From Candidatus Omnitrophica bacterium UBA6215 (GTDB lineage: Bacteria > Omnitrophota > Gorgyraeia > Pluralincolimonadales > Pluralincolimonadaceae), in assembly GCA_002421665.1 (NCBI GenBank), contig DISH01000007.1, positions 81,278 through 145,277 on the forward strand: a stretch of DNA of 64,000 bases, given 5' to 3'. A model generated the notes under the pieces. The model saw only the letters and a program-made list of their open reading frames with translations. It made no database searches and was not told where the DNA came from. The first letter of the stretch is position 1. Every line of letters begins with the position of its first letter. Positions 1 through 8,158 of this stretch are shown here, piece by piece. The position numbers were made by a program, and so were the translations under genes.

Positions 1-1642
1 TGGAAAGGGTCATAGCATGTTCCTGTTTACCTTTGAGCCCCGCCTCAAGTATGCTTTTTTCGGGCGGCTCAAGAGCCATGTCCGTAAGGAACGACTCCAG
101 GGACCTGTACCTGCCGGCTATACGCTCAAGCGAATTCAAATCCGGGGCGCGCTTATGGTAATCGTCATACCTGGCCTTAAGCAGCGGCTCGTAATATTTC
201 AGGAAATCCTTTATCAGCATGCCGGGGCTGTCACCCGGTTTGGCCGCTCTCAATATCCCAATAAGCTCCGAAAGGTCGGGGTGCTTTTCCAGTACCCCTT
301 CGTCGATATCCAAGCCCTGTTTCTTCTCGATGACCTGCCCGGTTATCTTCGCCGCGGTCTTTTCGCCTATCCCTCGCATGAGCATAAGGGCCCTGTGCCA
401 GCTTACCTGATCGTCGCGGTTGTGCGCTATGCGCAGGTATGATATGACGTCCTTTATGTGGGAGGACTCGACGAACCTCTGTCCGCCGTATTTAAGGAAC
501 GGAATATCGTGATTTGCCAGCTCTATCTCAAGGTCGTTGGAATGCCAGCCGGCGCGAAAAAGGACTGCTATGTCCCTTAGTGCCACGCCGTCATCGACAA
601 GTTCCATGACTTTTTGCACGATGTATTTGGATTGCACGTTCTCGTCGCGGGCTTCGACGAACACCGGAAAATGGCCTTCGGACTTTTTAGTAAAGAGAGC
701 CTTCTCGAACTTTTCTTGGGCGTTCTTAATGACCTCGTTGGTCAAATCGAGTATCGGCTGGGTGGAACGGTAATTCTCCTCCAGCATTATGACTTCCGCC
801 CCGTCGAATACCTTCGGAAAATCCATTATGTTCTTGAAGTTCGCCCCGCGGAAAGAATATATGCTCTGGGAATCGTCGCCTACGACCATGACGTTGCCGT
901 GTTCCGAAGCGAGCAGCCGCACTATCTCGGCCTGGAGCCTGTTGGTGTCCTGGTATTCGTCGACCATTATATACCTGTACTGCCCGGAGAGCCTCGACCT
1001 GACGTCCTTATGCTCATGCAGGAGTTTCCTAAGGAAGACGAGAAGGTCGTCGTAATCCATCAGCGCCTTTTCTTTTTTATACCTGATGTAGCCTTCTTTT
1101 ATCTTCTTTATCTCGCCTTCCCATTCCGAGAACTGCGGATACTCGAGCGCCAGCACCGTCGCTATGTCTTCCGACTTGTTGACTGACTTGGAAATCACAT
1201 CGAGGAGGGCTCCCTTCCTGGGAAAATGTTTGCTCGCATCCAGGTGATCGAGCCCGAGCTTGGAGCGCACGATATTGACTGCGCTCTCCGCGTCGGATTC
1301 GTCGGTAATGGTGAAATTGTTCGGGAAACCCACGAGGCCCGCATATTTGCGCAGGACCATATTGGCAAAGGAATGAAAAGTCCCGCCGGCGACCCTCTCG
1401 CAGCGGTCGTCAAGCAGCTTGGCGGCGCGGCGCAGCATCTCCTCGGAGGCCTTGCGGGTAAACGTGAGCAGCAGGATGTTGTCGGGTTTGACGCCCTTCT
1501 CGACGAGATAAGCGACGCGGTATACCAGCGTCCTCGTCTTGCCGCTTCCCGCGCCCGCTATAACCAGGTACGGGCCTTCGGTGGACTCCACGGCCTTTAA
1601 TTGACCGGGGTTAAGTTCTCTTTTGTAATCTATCTTGTGCAT
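1..1642 (-). CDS. UvrD/PcrA-family ATP-dependent DNA helicase (N-terminal ~545 aa; C-terminus runs off the window start)
   Basis: Minus-strand translation from ATG at 1640-1642 gives MHKIDYKRELNPGQLKAVESTEGPYLVIAGAGSGKT (helicase motif I/Walker A) and, from ~880-960, MVDEYQDTN (motif III). The plus-strand ORFs at 17-442, 614-1186 and 1226-1600 are antisense artefacts. Confidence 0.8.
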   Translation of the reverse strand, partial: MHKIDYKRELNPGQLKAVESTEGPYLVIAGAGSGKTRTLVYRVAYLVEKGVKPDNILLLTFTRKASEEMLRRAAKLLDDRCERVAGGTFHSFANMVLRKYAGLVGFPNNFTITDESDAESAVNIVRSKLGLDHLDASKHFPRKGALLDVISKSVNKSEDIATVLALEYPQFSEWEGEIKKIKEGYIRYKKEKALMDYDDLLVFLRKLLHEHKDVRSRLSGQYRYIMVDEYQDTNRLQAEIVRLLASEHGNVMVVGDDSQSIYSFRGANFKNIMDFPKVFDGAEVIMLEENYRSTQPILDLTNEVIKNAQEKFEKALFTKKSEGHFPVFVEARDENVQSKYIVQKVMELVDDGVALRDIAVLFRAGWHSNDLEIELANHDIPFLKYGGQRFVESSHIKDVISYLRIAHNRDDQVSWHRALMLMRGIGEKTAAKITGQVIEKKQGLDIDEGVLEKHPDLSELIGILRAAKPGDSPGMLIKDFLKYYEPLLKARYDDYHKRAPDLNSLERIAGRYRSLESFLTDMALEPPEKSILEAGLKGKQEHAMTLS

Positions 1643-2039
1643 TCTCTGCTATCTTGCGCTCGGAAGGATATGTCATTATCTTAAGGGCTTCACTCAACAA
1701 CAGCCACCTTACCTCTTCAGCATCGGTATCGTGGTCATTAGTGCTGCCGGAGATATATTTTACCAGGAAAAATGTTACCGTCTTATTTACCCGGACTCCA
1801 TCCTCTTCTGAATTGAAACGATACTTTATCGGCCCAAGCTCTTCCTCGATGGCCCCTGTAAGACCTGTCTCTTCCCGTATCTCGCGCAAGGCAGCCTGTT
1901 CGGGAGTTTCGGAACCTTCGATCTTACCCTTCGGCAGGCAAAATACTTTACCCCCATTGCGGGTAAGGATAACTATCTCGATACCCGAGGCAGTATTTTT
2001 GTATACCACGCCGCCTGCCGAAAATTGTGATTTATTCAT
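1611..2039 (-). CDS. NUDIX hydrolase
   Basis: 142-aa ORF containing a canonical Nudix box, GKIEGSETPEQAALREIREETGL. Confidence 0.8.
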   Translation of the reverse strand: MNKSQFSAGGVVYKNTASGIEIVILTRNGGKVFCLPKGKIEGSETPEQAALREIREETGLTGAIEEELGPIKYRFNSEEDGVRVNKTVTFFLVKYISGSTNDHDTDAEEVRWLLLSEALKIMTYPSERKIAENAQDRLQKRT

Positions 2040-2109
2040 ATTTGTGGGCCTCTTACGGCCGGCCTGCCGGCCGTCCGTGCTCGGTCTGCTATTTTATAGC
2101 GGACCTCGC

Positions 2110-2221
2110 AAAAAAAAGGCCTCCTTCATTACCTCTGAGGTGAGCCGACATTACTTCACCACCGGACGGCTTGAAACCGTCCGACCGTCGACATACTTGT
2201 CGAAGGCAATGAAGGAGGTCC
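2110..2221 (-). terminator. Complex structured element acting as an intrinsic terminator: 13-bp closing stem (GGCCTCCTTCATT...AATGAAGGAGGTCC) enclosing three internal hairpins, followed on the minus strand by U8
   Basis: Inverted repeat 2118-2130 / 2208-2221 seen directly. Internal hairpins GGTGA..TCACC, CGGACGG-cttgaaa-CCGTCCG and TCGACA-tact-TGTCGA. A8 at 2110-2117 gives U8 on the minus-strand transcript downstream of gene 2230-2439. Confidence 0.45.
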
Positions 2222-2229
2222 GGGGAGAC

Positions 2230-2439
2230 TTATTGTTTCTTCTCTTTCTTTTCCTCCAAGGAGTCTTTTATCTCGCCGATTCCTGCGAATAACGCCAGGA
2301 CACCGCCAAACAAAAGTATCAGGACAAGTCCGGATTTAAGGAAGCCTGCTATATAATCTTCCCACCAATTGACCAGGCCTGCAACTCCGAGGACGATGGC
2401 GATGAGTCCGCCTATCACAGAGAGATATTTGCTCACCAT
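2230..2439 (-). CDS. Small hydrophobic membrane protein (69 aa), hypothetical
   Basis: ORF with two predicted TM helices and a Lys/Glu-rich tail; followed by the terminator-like element. Confidence 0.45.
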   Translation of the reverse strand: MVSKYLSVIGGLIAIVLGVAGLVNWWEDYIAGFLKSGLVLILLFGGVLALFAGIGEIKDSLEEKKEKKQ

Positions 2440-2500
2440 CTACCTCCTAAACATGCATTTCAAAAGAACCAATAGAATTATATCACCGAAACCCGCTTTG

Positions 2501-2986
2501 TCAAGGGATTTTGTAGCCGATCTTTCTCAGGAATTCCTTGCGCCATTTCACGCCGGATTCATCCTCTATCCCCTTGGGTTTGGAACCGTCGACAACCCCG
2601 AGTATCCCCCTGCCCTGCTCGGTCTCCGCGATTATAAGTTCGACCGGGTTGGCCGTTGCGCAGAATATCCTGCAGACCTCCTGCACGCCTTTTATGGCAT
2701 TTAGGACATTTATCGGATATGAATCCTTCATTACGATCATGAAGCTGTGGCCCGCGCCGGCAGCCAGGGCATTCCTTTCGGCAAGCGCCTTAAGGCCTTC
2801 ATCCGTGCCGGTTGACCTCACCAGGCACGCTCCGGAAGACTCGCAGAAAGCCAGCCCGAATTTTATGCCCGGGACCGCGCCTACCATGGCTTCATGGATG
2901 TCCTCGACCGTCTTAATGAAATGCGACTGGCCGATAATCACATTATATTCGGCCGGCTTCTCTATCTTAATTATCTTCAATTCCAT
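2501..2986 (-). CDS. Conserved hypothetical protein (161 aa); possibly DUF355/'adenosine-specific kinase'-like family (uncertain)
   Basis: Clean ORF in a compact same-strand operon. The family assignment is from memory only and is not verifiable here. Confidence 0.5.
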   Translation of the reverse strand: MELKIIKIEKPAEYNVIIGQSHFIKTVEDIHEAMVGAVPGIKFGLAFCESSGACLVRSTGTDEGLKALAERNALAAGAGHSFMIVMKDSYPINVLNAIKGVQEVCRIFCATANPVELIIAETEQGRGILGVVDGSKPKGIEDESGVKWRKEFLRKIGYKIP

Positions 2987-2997
2987 GCCAAGCCCTC

Positions 2998-3453
2998 CTA
3001 ACCGAGTTTAGCGAGCTCTTCGGAGACCATGGCGCTGAGCATCTTGCCGTCCACGGCGCCTTTCGCCTCTTCCATAGCGGCTTTCATTACCTTGCCCATA
3101 TCCGAACGGCCCTTTGCTTCCGTCTTCTTTATCGCAGCGGCCACTATCGGTTTCAGATCATCCGCGGAAAGCATCGTGGGCATATAGGCCTCCAGGATCG
3201 CAAGCTCGGCCTTTTCCTTATCGACCAGGTCCTGCCTGTTGCCCTTGGTAAAACCTTCTATGGAATCTTTGTGCTGCTTTATCTGCTTGGAGATTATCGA
3301 GACCGTATCTTTATCTTCGAGTTTATCGGTCTTCTTATCTATCTCAAGGTTCTTCATGGCGGCACGCAGCATCCTGAGAGTGGAAACCTTTATCTCATCC
3401 TTCGCCTTCATCGCCCCTTTAAGCTCCGCGTCTATCTTCTCCTGAAGTGACAT
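2998..3453 (-). CDS. yqeY: GatB/YqeY domain protein
   Basis: MSLQEKIDAELKGAMKAKDEIKVSTLRMLRAAMKNLEIDK... matches the YqeY family. The start at 3451-3453 overlaps the tatC stop as ATGA. Confidence 0.8.
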   Translation of the reverse strand: MSLQEKIDAELKGAMKAKDEIKVSTLRMLRAAMKNLEIDKKTDKLEDKDTVSIISKQIKQHKDSIEGFTKGNRQDLVDKEKAELAILEAYMPTMLSADDLKPIVAAAIKKTEAKGRSDMGKVMKAAMEEAKGAVDGKMLSAMVSEELAKLG

Positions 3454-4112
3454 CACTGACGCTCCTTTCCGTTGGTTAACCTGCATATCAGTATCGATAT
3501 CTCATAAATGGCAGCCAAGGGTGCTGCCGTTACGGCCAAAGTAAGAACGTCGGCGGTCGGGTTCAGCGCCGCGGATAATATGAGTATTATCAGTATAGCG
3601 TGTTTCCTCTTTCCGTTCAAAAACTCCGGCTTCATCATGCCAGACCTGGAAAGGGAAAAAAAGGCCGCCGGTATAGCGAGGGCTGCTCCTGAGATCACCA
3701 GCAAAGAAATGACGAATGAAAGGTATCCGGATATCGAGATGACCGGCATGACCTCGGGACCGCCGAAATTTATAAGAAATTTCAGCGCCGGGGACAATAA
3801 GACATAAAAAGAAAAAGCGGCGCCGGCGGCAAAAAACCCTGCCGCCATCGACATCGCGGCAAATAACGGCTTCCTCAACCGGAAAAGCGCTGCGGGAACG
3901 GCAAGGACCAGGCCCGTAAACAGCGCTATCTTAAGGTGCCCTATAAAAGCTTCCGCGGGCGAAAAGAATACCAAATGGTCGACCGGATGTACCATGAGGA
4001 AAGCAAGGATATCAGACGCCTTCCAGAAGGCCAGGCACGAAAAAATGCCGGCTGCCGACGCGTATATCACAATGCGGCGCCCCGGCCCGCTTTTATCGCC
4101 GGCGATGGTCAT
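3453..4112 (-). CDS. tatC: Sec-independent (twin-arginine) protein translocase subunit TatC
   Basis: Six-TM protein with TatC-like segments PAEAFIGHLKIALF..., ISGYLSFVISLL... and ILILSAALNPTADVLTLAV (the TPPDV-region equivalent). Confidence 0.8.
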   Translation of the reverse strand: MTIAGDKSGPGRRIVIYASAAGIFSCLAFWKASDILAFLMVHPVDHLVFFSPAEAFIGHLKIALFTGLVLAVPAALFRLRKPLFAAMSMAAGFFAAGAAFSFYVLLSPALKFLINFGGPEVMPVISISGYLSFVISLLVISGAALAIPAAFFSLSRSGMMKPEFLNGKRKHAILIILILSAALNPTADVLTLAVTAAPLAAIYEISILICRLTNGKERQ

Positions 4113-4249
4113 TTTGTTATCAGCTTCCCGATCCCGACGGCCAACCGGCTGAAGAACCGGCCTATCGCGGGCAAGTTAACGGCAACCGCTATAAGAAAAG
4201 TGACCGCCAGGATAACGGCGAGTTCAGGCAAACCTATACCGAACATCAT
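4109..4249 (-). CDS. tatA: TatA/E-like small translocase subunit (46 aa, divergent hinge)
   Basis: Not in the ORF track (<60 aa). The reverse complement translates to MMFGIGLPELAVILAVTFLIAVAVNLPAIGRFFSRLAVGIGKLITK. A GGAGG RBS lies 6 nt upstream and the stop overlaps the tatC start. Confidence 0.55.
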   Translation of the reverse strand: MMFGIGLPELAVILAVTFLIAVAVNLPAIGRFFSRLAVGIGKLITK

Positions 4250-4271
4250 TACCTCCGATCCATTAAACGGG

Positions 4272-4280
4272 ATTATAACA
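4272..4280 (-). promoter_or_regulatory. Extended -10 promoter element (TGtTATAAT) upstream of tatA-tatC-yqeY
   Basis: Minus-strand sequence catgTTATAATcccg lies ~25 nt upstream of the tatA ATG, followed by a GGAGG RBS. Confidence 0.35.
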
Positions 4281-4315
4281 TGAAAAACGCGGACGGGCTA
4301 TTGATTTTCCGGAGA

Positions 4316-5026
4316 TCACTTAAAATGGCGGTCTATCCAGTCGGGTACCGGGGTTTCAAGGGCATTCGGATAGGCGTGACCTATGCCTTTGTTTACATGG
4401 ACCTTCACGTTATAGCCGTAACGCTTAAGCTCCTTTTCCTCTTTATACATCTCGTCCAGCGGGAAATACGGGTCCAACTCACCGTGCAATACATACACCG
4501 GTATCTTTTTAACGCTTTTTCTCCACGGAAAACCATCTAAATATGATGAGTTGCCGCTGCAAGGGGCAATGGCCGAAAAGACGTTGGAATACACCAGGCC
4601 TACAAGGTAACTGTATCTGGCGCCTCTGGAATTGCCCACAAGAATGATCCTCGATCTGTCGATGCGATAGGTCGATCTCATTTCTTTGACAACATCAAGC
4701 AAAAATACATCAAGCCGCAACCCTTTTTGCTTATAATAATCCTCGAAATTCGGCGCGGCGATTATATATCCCCTTTTGTCTGCCGCCTCGCGCCAGGCGT
4801 TATATATCTCCTCTCCGCTTTGTCCCGCACCGTGGCAGCCGACTATAAGAGGATATTTCCTTTCAACCGTATAATCGCCCGGCACGTAGACAAGGACCGT
4901 GACATTATCTATCTTGCGCTCAATAAGCCTGCCCCTCGAAGCGGCGGGCAACTGCGGTTGAGATAAAGATAGTAACACTACGACAGCCGATATTATAAAT
5001 ATTATTTTATTTTTATTTATATTCAT
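4316..5026 (-). CDS. Secreted alpha/beta-hydrolase (esterase/peptidase, PHB-depolymerase-like family)
   Basis: Signal peptide, then a GxSxG nucleophile elbow (LVGNSRGA) and a C-terminal His (GIGHAYP). Confidence 0.7.
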   Translation of the reverse strand: MNINKNKIIFIISAVVVLLSLSQPQLPAASRGRLIERKIDNVTVLVYVPGDYTVERKYPLIVGCHGAGQSGEEIYNAWREAADKRGYIIAAPNFEDYYKQKGLRLDVFLLDVVKEMRSTYRIDRSRIILVGNSRGARYSYLVGLVYSNVFSAIAPCSGNSSYLDGFPWRKSVKKIPVYVLHGELDPYFPLDEMYKEEKELKRYGYNVKVHVNKGIGHAYPNALETPVPDWIDRHFK

Positions 5027-5030
5027 ATTA

Positions 5031-5095
5031 TACTGCCCTGGATGTCCTGGTAGTAGTATACAACAGGAGAAGCCTTGCGGGAAAGGATTTCATCG
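5031..5095 (-). repeat. Short RHS-core boundary fragment (copy of the array's duplication boundary sequence)
   Basis: ctgccctggatgtcctggtagtagtatacaacaggagaagccttgcgggaaaggatttcatcgagg is near-identical to the upstream boundary of every orphan cassette and to 18900-18980 in the main rhs gene. Confidence 0.7.
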
Positions 5096-5518
5096 AGGGT
5101 TATTCGTATTTGTTCGCGTTCCCAAAAGACGTTTAACGAAAGTTTTGTTTAGTGACTTTGAGTATTTACCTAAAACAGGGTCATGAACTTCGAATATTAT
5201 GCTGTCATCCTTTATGTTTTCAATTCTCATTCCCCATTTTAATGTAAAGCGCCTATCCAAGTCCTCTTTATTCCAACGCATAGATAATTTCCTTTTATCA
5301 TGCCACGATACAAATTCGCCCCAATCACTCGGAAGCGTTCCTCCGTGCTCAGCTGAATACATTCTTATATCTTTAAAAAGAATGAGCGTTGTGTCAAAAT
5401 CCGTATAAACAACAAATTTCTTCATCCCGTAGTATGCTACGATCGCCGCTACGATAATAACCGATACAAGTGTAAATATTAAAATTTTATTACGAAATAT
5501 CACCATCCACCTCCACAT
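5090..5518 (-). CDS. Putative immunity protein for Rhs-CT cassette 5500-6597 (N-terminal TM anchor)
   Basis: Sits immediately downstream of, and overlapping, the toxin tip. A+T-rich with a single N-terminal TM helix. Confidence 0.5.
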   Translation of the reverse strand: MWRWMVIFRNKILIFTLVSVIIVAAIVAYYGMKKFVVYTDFDTTLILFKDIRMYSAEHGGTLPSDWGEFVSWHDKRKLSMRWNKEDLDRRFTLKWGMRIENIKDDSIIFEVHDPVLGKYSKSLNKTFVKRLLGTRTNTNNPR

Positions 5519-6597
5519 TTATCTTTCTTTTTCTTCAATGCTTCTTCAACATTTTCTTTTAATGCGTTAGGAGTGTTTATAAATTCCCAATCCAAGCCCA
5601 ATCCACTTGCTTCAATAATTTCCGACGCTGGACCTGTGCAGTTATTAAAACCCGGGTTATATGTTCCCGGGTTCTCCACAAATTCGTCACCTTTTTCTTT
5701 AGCAGCCTCGTCCTGCTTTTGCGTTGTGGGAATCCTTATACTATCCTCATCCGGGTTTGAATCAAATTTTTCCATTTCTCCTGGAGAATTAATTGTTGCC
5801 AAGGGATCATCGTATCCTCCATTCACGGGGTGATAGCTGTATTCGCTATAACCTGTGCTGCTTTCCGAGTCGGGTACAACCACAGACGCATGACCACCGT
5901 CAAAATAGTTATAGTAAATATCCATCCCCCACGGATCCACCCAGTTGACGGGGTTGTTTTGGCAATAGGAGTAGATATTAGGCCCTGGTAGCTGGCCTAA
6001 GGGGTCGGGCTGGAGGAAACGGCCTGTTTGGGGGTTGTAGTCCCTGTAGCGGTAGTAATAGAGGCCTGTTAGCTCTTCCTTGGGGCGGCCCGTGAAGCCG
6101 TAGGGCTGGTCTATTAGCTTATCAAGGAGCAGGAACTGCTTTGAGCGGCTCGATACATGACGCTCTCCGAAGGCGGTGTATTCGTAGGCCTGGATGGGCT
6201 TTGAGTCGCTTCCTGTAAGGCCTCTTATACTGCCCTGGATGTCCTGGTAGTAGTATACAACAGGAGAGGCCTTGCGGGAAAGGATTTCATCGAGGCGGGA
6301 ACCCAAAAGATACGATACCTTGCGCTTGCCTATGAAGCCGGTGGAGGATTCCCTTATTACGGAGAAGGAGTCGTAGGTGTATTTGACGTTGTTGCGGGCT
6401 ATCCTTCTTCCGAACGGGTCGTATTTGTAGGTTATATCCGAGAGACCAACGCGGGCGCCTGTTATCATGTTGCGACAGTTATAGGCGTATTCGGCGCGAT
6501 CGTCCTTTATGAGGTTGCCGAAGTCGTCGTACTTATATTCGGCTCCCCCGCACCAGGCGAAGTATATCTCCTTTCCCGATTGTCCGCCCCATGGCAC
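5500..6597 (-). CDS. Orphan Rhs C-terminal cassette: ~200 aa of RHS repeat-associated core ending in DPLGQ...DPWGM, plus ~150-aa variable toxin domain; 5' end fused to an esterase fragment
   Basis: Contains YRYRDYNPQTGRFLQPDPLGQLPGPNIYSYCQNNPVNWVDPWGM. The core part (5923-6545) is nearly identical at DNA level to 18605-19240 of the main rhs gene. The ORF's first residues derive from the esterase-paralog junction. Confidence 0.7.
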   Translation of the reverse strand: MPWGGQSGKEIYFAWCGGAEYKYDDFGNLIKDDRAEYAYNCRNMITGARVGLSDITYKYDPFGRRIARNNVKYTYDSFSVIRESSTGFIGKRKVSYLLGSRLDEILSRKASPVVYYYQDIQGSIRGLTGSDSKPIQAYEYTAFGERHVSSRSKQFLLLDKLIDQPYGFTGRPKEELTGLYYYRYRDYNPQTGRFLQPDPLGQLPGPNIYSYCQNNPVNWVDPWGMDIYYNYFDGGHASVVVPDSESSTGYSEYSYHPVNGGYDDPLATINSPGEMEKFDSNPDEDSIRIPTTQKQDEAAKEKGDEFVENPGTYNPGFNNCTGPASEIIEASGLGLDWEFINTPNALKENVEEALKKKKDKCGGGW

Positions 6598-6776
6598 CCC
6601 ACGATCAAAGGATACTTCTTTTTTGCGGGATCGTAGTTACCCGGGACATATACAAGCACCGTGACGCCGTCTATCTTCTCCTCGATAAGTTCGCCCTTCG
6701 GCGCGCAAAAAGCCGGAGGGATAAACAGCAACGACAGCGCGGCAACCACGAACACGGAACAGTAGTGTTTATTCAT
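6550..6776 (-). pseudogene. Truncated 5' fragment of an esterase paralog (signal peptide + ~75 aa) interrupted by an Rhs cassette
   Basis: MNKHYCSVFVVAALSLLFIPPAFCAPKGELIEEKIDGVTVLVYVPGNYDPAKKKYPLIVGCHGA parallels the N-terminus of the intact esterase at 4316-5026. The frame is lost at ~6550, where RHS-core sequence begins. Confidence 0.5.
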
Positions 6777-6783
6777 AACGGCT

Positions 6784-7944
6784 TTACAAGTTGACACTTT
6801 CGGTATTTCTATAACTAAAAACATCGGCTGTTTGACGGCGTTGATCCTGGATTCCTCCATATATGAGCGCCGGTTTAGCCCCATTCTTTTTATTCAGATT
6901 CCGGTAATATCGCAATCCCTTGAAATAATCCTCGTTTATCGTGCTCCCAAGTTTTATCTCAACCGGCCTAACGGATACGCCGTTCTCAAGAATAATATCA
7001 ACTTCGTTTCCGACATTGTCCCGGAAATAGTGTATATTGCTGTTTTTGCCGCGGTTCATTCGAGCTTTAAGAAGCTCCGCAACAACAAAATTTTCAAATA
7101 ACGCGCCTTTAAGGGGGTGATTCGCGATATGCCTGATATTTTGTATATCCAAAAGATACGCCGCCAATCCGCAATCGGTAAAGTACAGTTTTGGCGACTT
7201 GATGAGCCGTTTCCCGAAATTAGCATGATGTGGGCGCACAAAAAATATGATATAGCTTGCCTCAAGAACGCTTAGCCAACTCTTCGCGGTATTATGGCTA
7301 ATCCCGCAATCGTTGGCAAGGCTCGACATATTCATTATTTGCGCCACCCTGCCGGCGCACAGCTTTATGAATATTTCAAACTTCGTGAGGTCCGTCACAT
7401 TGATGAGCGAACGGATATCTCTCTCAATATATGTACTTACATAAAAAGATAGGGCTTCTGTCGGATTAAGCTTTTTATCATGAATACGCGGATAAAAACC
7501 GTTAAAAAGAACTTTATCTATTTGGATGGCCTTGTTTGAATATAATTCAGCATATGAGAACGGCAGGAGAACCGCCAATGCAGTCCTCCCGGCAAGGCTT
7601 TGGCTTACCGTATCCAAAAGATGGAAATTTTGGCTTCCGGTCAAAATAAAAAGCCCGGGCTTACCCTCCGAATCCGCAATCTCCTGTATATACGATACGA
7701 GCTCCGGAACTCTTTGGATCTCATCAATTACAGCGCCGCCCTTTAAGGTTCCGGAAAGAAAAGACCTTGGATCGTTCCTTGCGAAGTTGCGCGTATCGGT
7801 ATTCTCGAGGGAATAATATTTCAGCTTCGGGAATAACGCCTTGCACAAGGTGGTCTTCCCTGATTGACGCGGCCCTGTGATGGTGATGACCGGATACCGG
7901 CGCGCGTAATGTAATATTTTTTCTGCAATGGCCCGTTTTATCAT
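6784..7944 (-). CDS. AAA-superfamily ATPase (AAA_14 + DUF4143 type)
   Basis: Walker A motif ITGPRQSGKTTL and the typical DUF4143 architecture. Embedded between RHS fragments. Confidence 0.7.
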   Translation of the reverse strand: MIKRAIAEKILHYARRYPVITITGPRQSGKTTLCKALFPKLKYYSLENTDTRNFARNDPRSFLSGTLKGGAVIDEIQRVPELVSYIQEIADSEGKPGLFILTGSQNFHLLDTVSQSLAGRTALAVLLPFSYAELYSNKAIQIDKVLFNGFYPRIHDKKLNPTEALSFYVSTYIERDIRSLINVTDLTKFEIFIKLCAGRVAQIMNMSSLANDCGISHNTAKSWLSVLEASYIIFFVRPHHANFGKRLIKSPKLYFTDCGLAAYLLDIQNIRHIANHPLKGALFENFVVAELLKARMNRGKNSNIHYFRDNVGNEVDIILENGVSVRPVEIKLGSTINEDYFKGLRYYRNLNKKNGAKPALIYGGIQDQRRQTADVFSYRNTESVNL

Positions 7945-8021
7945 AGATTAAGTATACTTGCTGATTTACATTTTGTCAATCTAATTATCAATCTGTAAAA
8001 TGTATTACCAAACCTGCGGGA

Positions 8022-8158
8022 AAGGATTTCATCGAGGCGGGAACCCAAAAGATACGATACCTTGCGCTTGCCTATGAAGCCGGTGGAGGATTCCCTTATT
8101 ACGGAGAAGGAGTCGTAGGTGTATTTGACGTTGTTGCGGGCTATCCTTCTTCCGAATA
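8022..8158 (-). repeat. 137-nt RHS-core fragment identical to 6280-6415
   Basis: Direct comparison of the two stretches. Its 3' end supplies the last codons of the TPR gene. Confidence 0.7.

Noticed and set aside
17-1600. Plus-strand ORFs 17-442, 614-1186 and 1226-1600
   Set aside because: They are antisense to a well-supported UvrD/PcrA helicase gene, which has Walker A AGAGSGKT and DEYQDTN in minus-strand translation. Their sequences are low-complexity with no recognisable motifs.
2110-2221. tRNA, SRP RNA or 6S RNA identity for the structured element
   Set aside because: No cloverleaf or T-loop GTTCRANYC signature, no SRP domain-IV AGGAAGCAG-type motif, and too short for 6S. Kept only as an unclassified structured terminator or RNA.
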